A stretch of DNA of 54,263 bases, the filler included, from Bipalium vagum (lineage: Eukaryota), in the NCBI GenBank assembly GCA_037834085.1. It is 3 parts of 3 records of this genome, joined end to end, with 100 filler letters (N's around TTAATTAATTAA, not from the genome) between each part and the next. Parts side by side here need not be neighbours in the genome. Positions count along the whole stretch, not along the records: positions 36,691 to 54,263 come from JBBMKC010060898.1; 2 more parts are not named here. One strand, written 5' to 3'. Below the pieces are notes generated by a model, which was given only the letters and a program-made list of their open reading frames with translations, ran no database searches and was not told the origin of the DNA. The translations under genes were made by a program, and so were the position numbers. Positions 49,901 to 54,263 of this stretch are shown piece after piece (within the stretch, counting starts at the first letter, position 1; each line of letters opens with the position of its first letter).

Positions 49901-52737
49901 GATAATTGTGATATTCCCTCCGTCTAGGAACGAGACTTAGACCGTGACTACAAGGACATGTTGGACAGTCCGAAAAAGTTCGAGTTGTTCCGTAAAGAGC
50001 AGGAGAAAAAATTACTGGCTATGAATACAACCGTCACTCGACCCAGTACGACCACACAGCCGGCCTCTAGAACTTCATTGTCATCTGGAAACCATCACTC
50101 AGCTGCCACAAACACCGTTGGTGCTACGCCGACCCATGGTCGATCCTCCCACCGTCCGTGCAACACAGTTCCTGCACTCAACTCCACCACGGTCTCCCAG
50201 CAGTACGGGCAGCAGATGCGCCATCAGAACACAGCACCCACCGGAATCAGTGCTGCCCCCAGCGCCGCCCAGTCCCAGTTGACAGCAGACCAGCTCGTCT
50301 ACATGCAGATGTTTCAGGCACTGAACCAGCTCGGTTCGACGAGTTCCGGTGAGTTTGCAGTCCTGCTTGATCCTGAACAGTTTCATAACATTGATTTTTT
50401 TATTGGACATTATTTATCTTTGCATTTACTTTATTTTATTTTATTATATATTTTCAGTTTTATTTAGCTTTATCTTAATCAAATGAAATTGTATTTAATT
50501 ATTAATTATTTTTGCAAATATTTTTTTTATTGAACATTTTATCAATCTTTTCCTGAAAAAAAAAAATTTTTTTTTTATTTATTAAATTTATTAATTATTT
50601 TTACATATACTTATTTAATTTTTGTTATTTGTGTTATTATTTCTATTTAACATTTCATTTTTTGCTACTGAAAAATATTTTTTTAATCATTAATTAAATT
50701 TATTGATTATTTATTTATTTATTTATTATTTTTGTATATATTTATTCAATATTTTTATTGAACATTTTATCAATCAATTTATTTATTACAGAAAAAATAT
50801 TTTTATTTTTTAATTAAATTTATTATTTATTTTTACAAATATTTATTTTTATTTTTTTATTGAAAAAATTCATTTTTTCATTAATTAAATTTATTGATTA
50901 TTATTTATTTATTAATTATTTTTGTATATATTTATTCAATATTTTTATTGAACATTTTATCAATCAATTTATTTATTACTGAAAAATTTTTTTTTATTTT
51001 TTAATTAAATTTATTATTTCTTTTTACAGATATTTATTTATATTTTTTATTGAAAAAATTCATTTTTTCATTAATTAAATTTATTAATTATTTTTTATAC
51101 ATATTTATTTATTATTTTTTTATATCAGTTTTATTTATAATCATCTTTATTCTCATAAAATAAAAATATTTTTTAAATTATTTTTGCAAATATTTATTTT
51201 TATATTTTTATTGGACATTTTAAGTTTTTTTTCTTGAAAATAAAAAATAATTTATTTTATTAATTATTTTTATTGGTTATTTCAGGTTTATCTAAGTAAA
51301 AATAATGATTATTTATTTATTAATTATTTTTATTAATTATTTTACATATATTTTTTCTCCTTTTAATAAGGTAAAATTAATTTTGGTAAAAATAAAAGAA
51401 ATCACCTCGATATTGTTCACCTTAAAAATCCTTTTTTGATTCCTAAAAGATCGAAATTCCCCCAGCAATAAATTGTCGATTTGCTCTTTTCTCGAAAGAG
51501 TAGTGAATATTTAACGTCATGAGAAATGCCTTTGACGTCGCCTACTCCTTTCCTTGCTTTGAGTTCTCCAATCAGTAAGACGTGCTAATGAAGTTTTCGT
51601 GGCTTTCCCATTGTCCTGCACCTTCGACAACGAATTCATTTTCGAAAAGAATCCCGATCTTTAGTAAAAAAAAGGAAATCTTTTAAATCCCATTGATGGA
51701 TTTTGTCCTTTGTCGATTTCTGGAGGATTTGAGATGTCTAATAAAGGCCTATCTCTTTATTATAACAATAATATAGAAATATTGTCATCTTTGGTCGGTA
51801 CGTGATGCAGGAGCTGTGATAGGAATTGTCAATGTCAATGGAGTGTGGAAATAGATGGAATACGGATGTTCGACATTTGAACAGGTCTATTAGTGCTACT
51901 ATTATCATTTTTTTATATTTTATATTATTATTGATTTTATTATTATTTTCGGTCGTCACTATTATTATACTTCAAACTCACGTGAAAGTGTTTATATATA
52001 TTTATTTTTGGTACGAGTTCAGCTGGTGCCGTTCTTGTAATCATTTTCACTCAATACCTTTTGGGAATGCTGATTAAAAGCTGTATACGATGTTTGTTTC
52101 TAAATGACGTTCACAACGGTTTCGGGGTCGCTTTCTACAAAAATTGTAGACCGTCCTCCATATCCGTCTGCCTCAGCAAAATGAGTCTTTGACAGACTTT
52201 TTCTGACTATTTCGACTCTTTTTTCTTTGAAAACCCAATGTTACAATTCTCTGCTAAGAGACGTCAAAGGTTATGTGAGAGACTGACATTGACAGAATGC
52301 TTTCATGGACGTTGAAAGAGTGAAGAGCCATTTGTTTTTATGTGGCTATTCTTTGCTTTGTAAGGTGAGCAGATGCTCTCAATTGAATATTGACTTAAAT
52401 TGATCGTTAGTTCTGTTTATATTGAGAAACATCATTGTGTTTTTTGCCAGTCAATCAGCAAACCTCTCGCCAGCAGCAGCAGCTCATGCAGCAGATCCTC
52501 CAGATGGCCTATATGAGCAGTGCGTCAACGTTGCTGAGCGGGTCTCCGAGCACGGCGGCCGCCAATTCCTTTGTCCAGTTTCTCGGCAACATGACCGGAC
52601 TCCTCAGCAGCCCCGCAGGCACCCCGGACGCCGCTGGCGTCGGAAGCAACAGCACTACCAACAACGCTCTTCTGAACTACTATCTCTCAATGCTCCAACA
52701 GCAGCAGCAACAAGCGGCAGCAAACTCCGACAGTTGA
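46935..52737 (+). CDS. p66 (GATAD2): Transcriptional repressor p66 (GATAD2A/B / simjang homolog), NuRD subunit, 5 exons, about 585 aa
   Basis: Exons 46935-47033, 47084-47806, 48568-48795, 49928-50348 and 52451-52737 are phase-consistent. CR1 coiled coil LHQLNEKLRNEETMEILLSQMKYTQ; CR2 KALLRKQADKALSEVP...LNFIPSINTNEFVALVGLEEVVKNL; GATA finger CVQCGTDFTPLWK...VCESC; Q/S/A-rich tail. Confidence 0.93.
50690..51090. repeat. AT-rich tandem duplication, about 190-bp unit, about 2 copies, in p66 intron 4
   Basis: TTTTTGTATATATTTATTCAATATTTTTATTGAACATTTTATCAATCAATTTATTTATTAC occurs at about 50730 and about 50920. Confidence 0.85.
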
Positions 52738-53912
52738 TTTCGACCGAGACCGATAAGACTTGTGACTCGTGTGGATTTCTTTGTGTAAAATTCTTTGTTT
52801 TTTACTACACGCGTTTATGACGAGTTTCCTTATCACTGAAAATGAGCGCACGGAGTGGTCCGAGTGCTGAAATAAAATGCTTCTATCCAGGTCGACATTG
52901 GTATGACCTTTTGCGTCTTTGTTAAGTCGTGGCGCTAGCAACCCGTCCTTGCTTCAGTATTGATCCATGGCTAATGTGCCAGCCTATTAAAAGGTATTGT
53001 TCTCACAGCCCCACATGTACCATTTTGTGACAGTGGGCACATTCCTGTTAGCCGGAGTGGGTCTTTTTCTCTATATGATTTTTTCAAAGTCTTAGAGGAG
53101 ACTCGAAGATTGGATTGTAAAAAAAGAAATTGTGGTTTGTTAACTGTTATACTTTGTTGAGGGCTTTTGGCCTTACTGAAATATTCTGTCTGACTTAAAC
53201 AAACCGAGGACTCCCGACTGCGCGGCTCTAAATGATATTTTTAATATTGTTCAGTGCAATGACGACTTAACACTATGTAGTCCTTCCGACCGAGTTAGAT
53301 TTTAATTAAAGAAGCATATTTTTCTTTTTTCCTGTGCTGAGAAGTAAAATTCCAATCTGTGGTTAGAGTGAGTTGAGGGTGCTGTAGAAGAAACAAAAGG
53401 AAATGAAACATTGAAAAAAGAAAGAGCTGTATCATTTATAGTACAAAAGATGGTGCAAATTATGCTTTAGTTCGTTAAAGGAAATAAAAACGCGACAGTA
53501 ACAGTAATACTTGCGATCTTTGGGTCTTCTGATGGCTGATCAACTGTGAAATAAAAAATATTGTGGAATCTCCTTAGTTTTCCCAATCGCCGAAATAGGA
53601 TCGCTGTCTTTCGGGCGGCCTCAATAATTTGTCTCTATCGCCAATGACCATACTTTCTTAATTAGCTGATTCCTAAGATTTAGGACGACTAAACTAAAGT
53701 TCACTAACTTATTATTATATAGTGATCGTAAAAGCAACAATATTATATAAAATACAGCCTAACCCATTAATGATAGTTGGGTAACAAATTAGTCTGAACA
53801 ACAGTAACCCCTTTTTATATAATACGAAGATAGACGGCCTTCTTAAATTAAAAATCACCACAAACGACCTTGACTTTAACATTTGTCAATAAATCGAGTG
53901 AAAAACAATATA

Positions 53913-54263
53913 CAGTGAGACCTGCATAAATGAATACCTTTGTTAGCTGAACACCTCTTTTATTTGAACATTTAATTCCGTACACTGTACATATAAGTTA
54001 TTGTCACCTGTATTAATTGAAAACCTGTACACTTTAAAAATTTTTGAATTAAAGTTACCTGTTAAATTCAAAAAACATTTTGAAATTTTGTGTAAATAAT
54101 GAAAAATGACGTCATAAATTAAAATTATATTTACTATGCACTTAAGTATTTTAGAGAAAATAAAATGTCACCATGATTTGAAGAATGGTTTGCCCGTACG
54201 AGCTGTTGCTAAGAAATATAGAATCTCAATAGGCACTGCATCTAGTTTGAAAAATGTAGGGGA
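53913..54263 (+). mobile_element. 5' end of a pogo/Tigger-like DNA transposon (truncated by the window end)
   Basis: TA + CAGTGAGACCTGCATAAATGAA TIR-like start. From 54136: MHLSILEKIK...LKNGLPVRAVAKKYRISIGTASSL, a psq/CENP-B N-terminal HTH. Confidence 0.7.

Noticed and set aside
1-54263. tRNA, rRNA, spliced-leader RNA or an alternative genetic code
   Set aside because: None recognised by eye; the spliced genes translate cleanly with the standard code. A covariance-model scan would be needed to exclude RNA genes.

Overview
This is very AT-rich eukaryotic genomic DNA, not prokaryotic. It most likely comes from an invertebrate animal; a flatworm/planarian-like host is my inference only. Two artificial 100-bp gaps (44 N + TTAATTAATTAA + 44 N) at 20897-20996 and 36591-36690 split it into three segments. 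Splicing by eye with phase-consistent GT-AG introns gives five host genes that the ORF track shows only in part: (1) a 4-exon SLC10 (sodium/bile-acid symporter family) gene with a long ectodomain; (2) the 3' end of an SH3-containing srGAP-like gene; (3) the 5' part of a RIG-I-like receptor with two CARD-like domains and a DExD/H helicase; (4) a secreted C-type lectin + PAN/apple-like protein; (5) a complete p66/GATAD2 NuRD subunit. The remainder is decayed transposons (mariner, Tc1/IS630-like, DD41D/rosa-like, hAT, pogo, one Ty3/gypsy, RLE-type non-LTR and Ulp1-protease remnants) and AT-rich microsatellites. I cannot support a novel multi-gene system here. The most interesting signals are the cryptic 2xCARD RIG-I-like gene, the CTL-PAN secreted protein, the divergent SLC10, and a small stem-loop-rich element at about 39.2 kb. 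All family calls come from motif recognition; no database searches were run.
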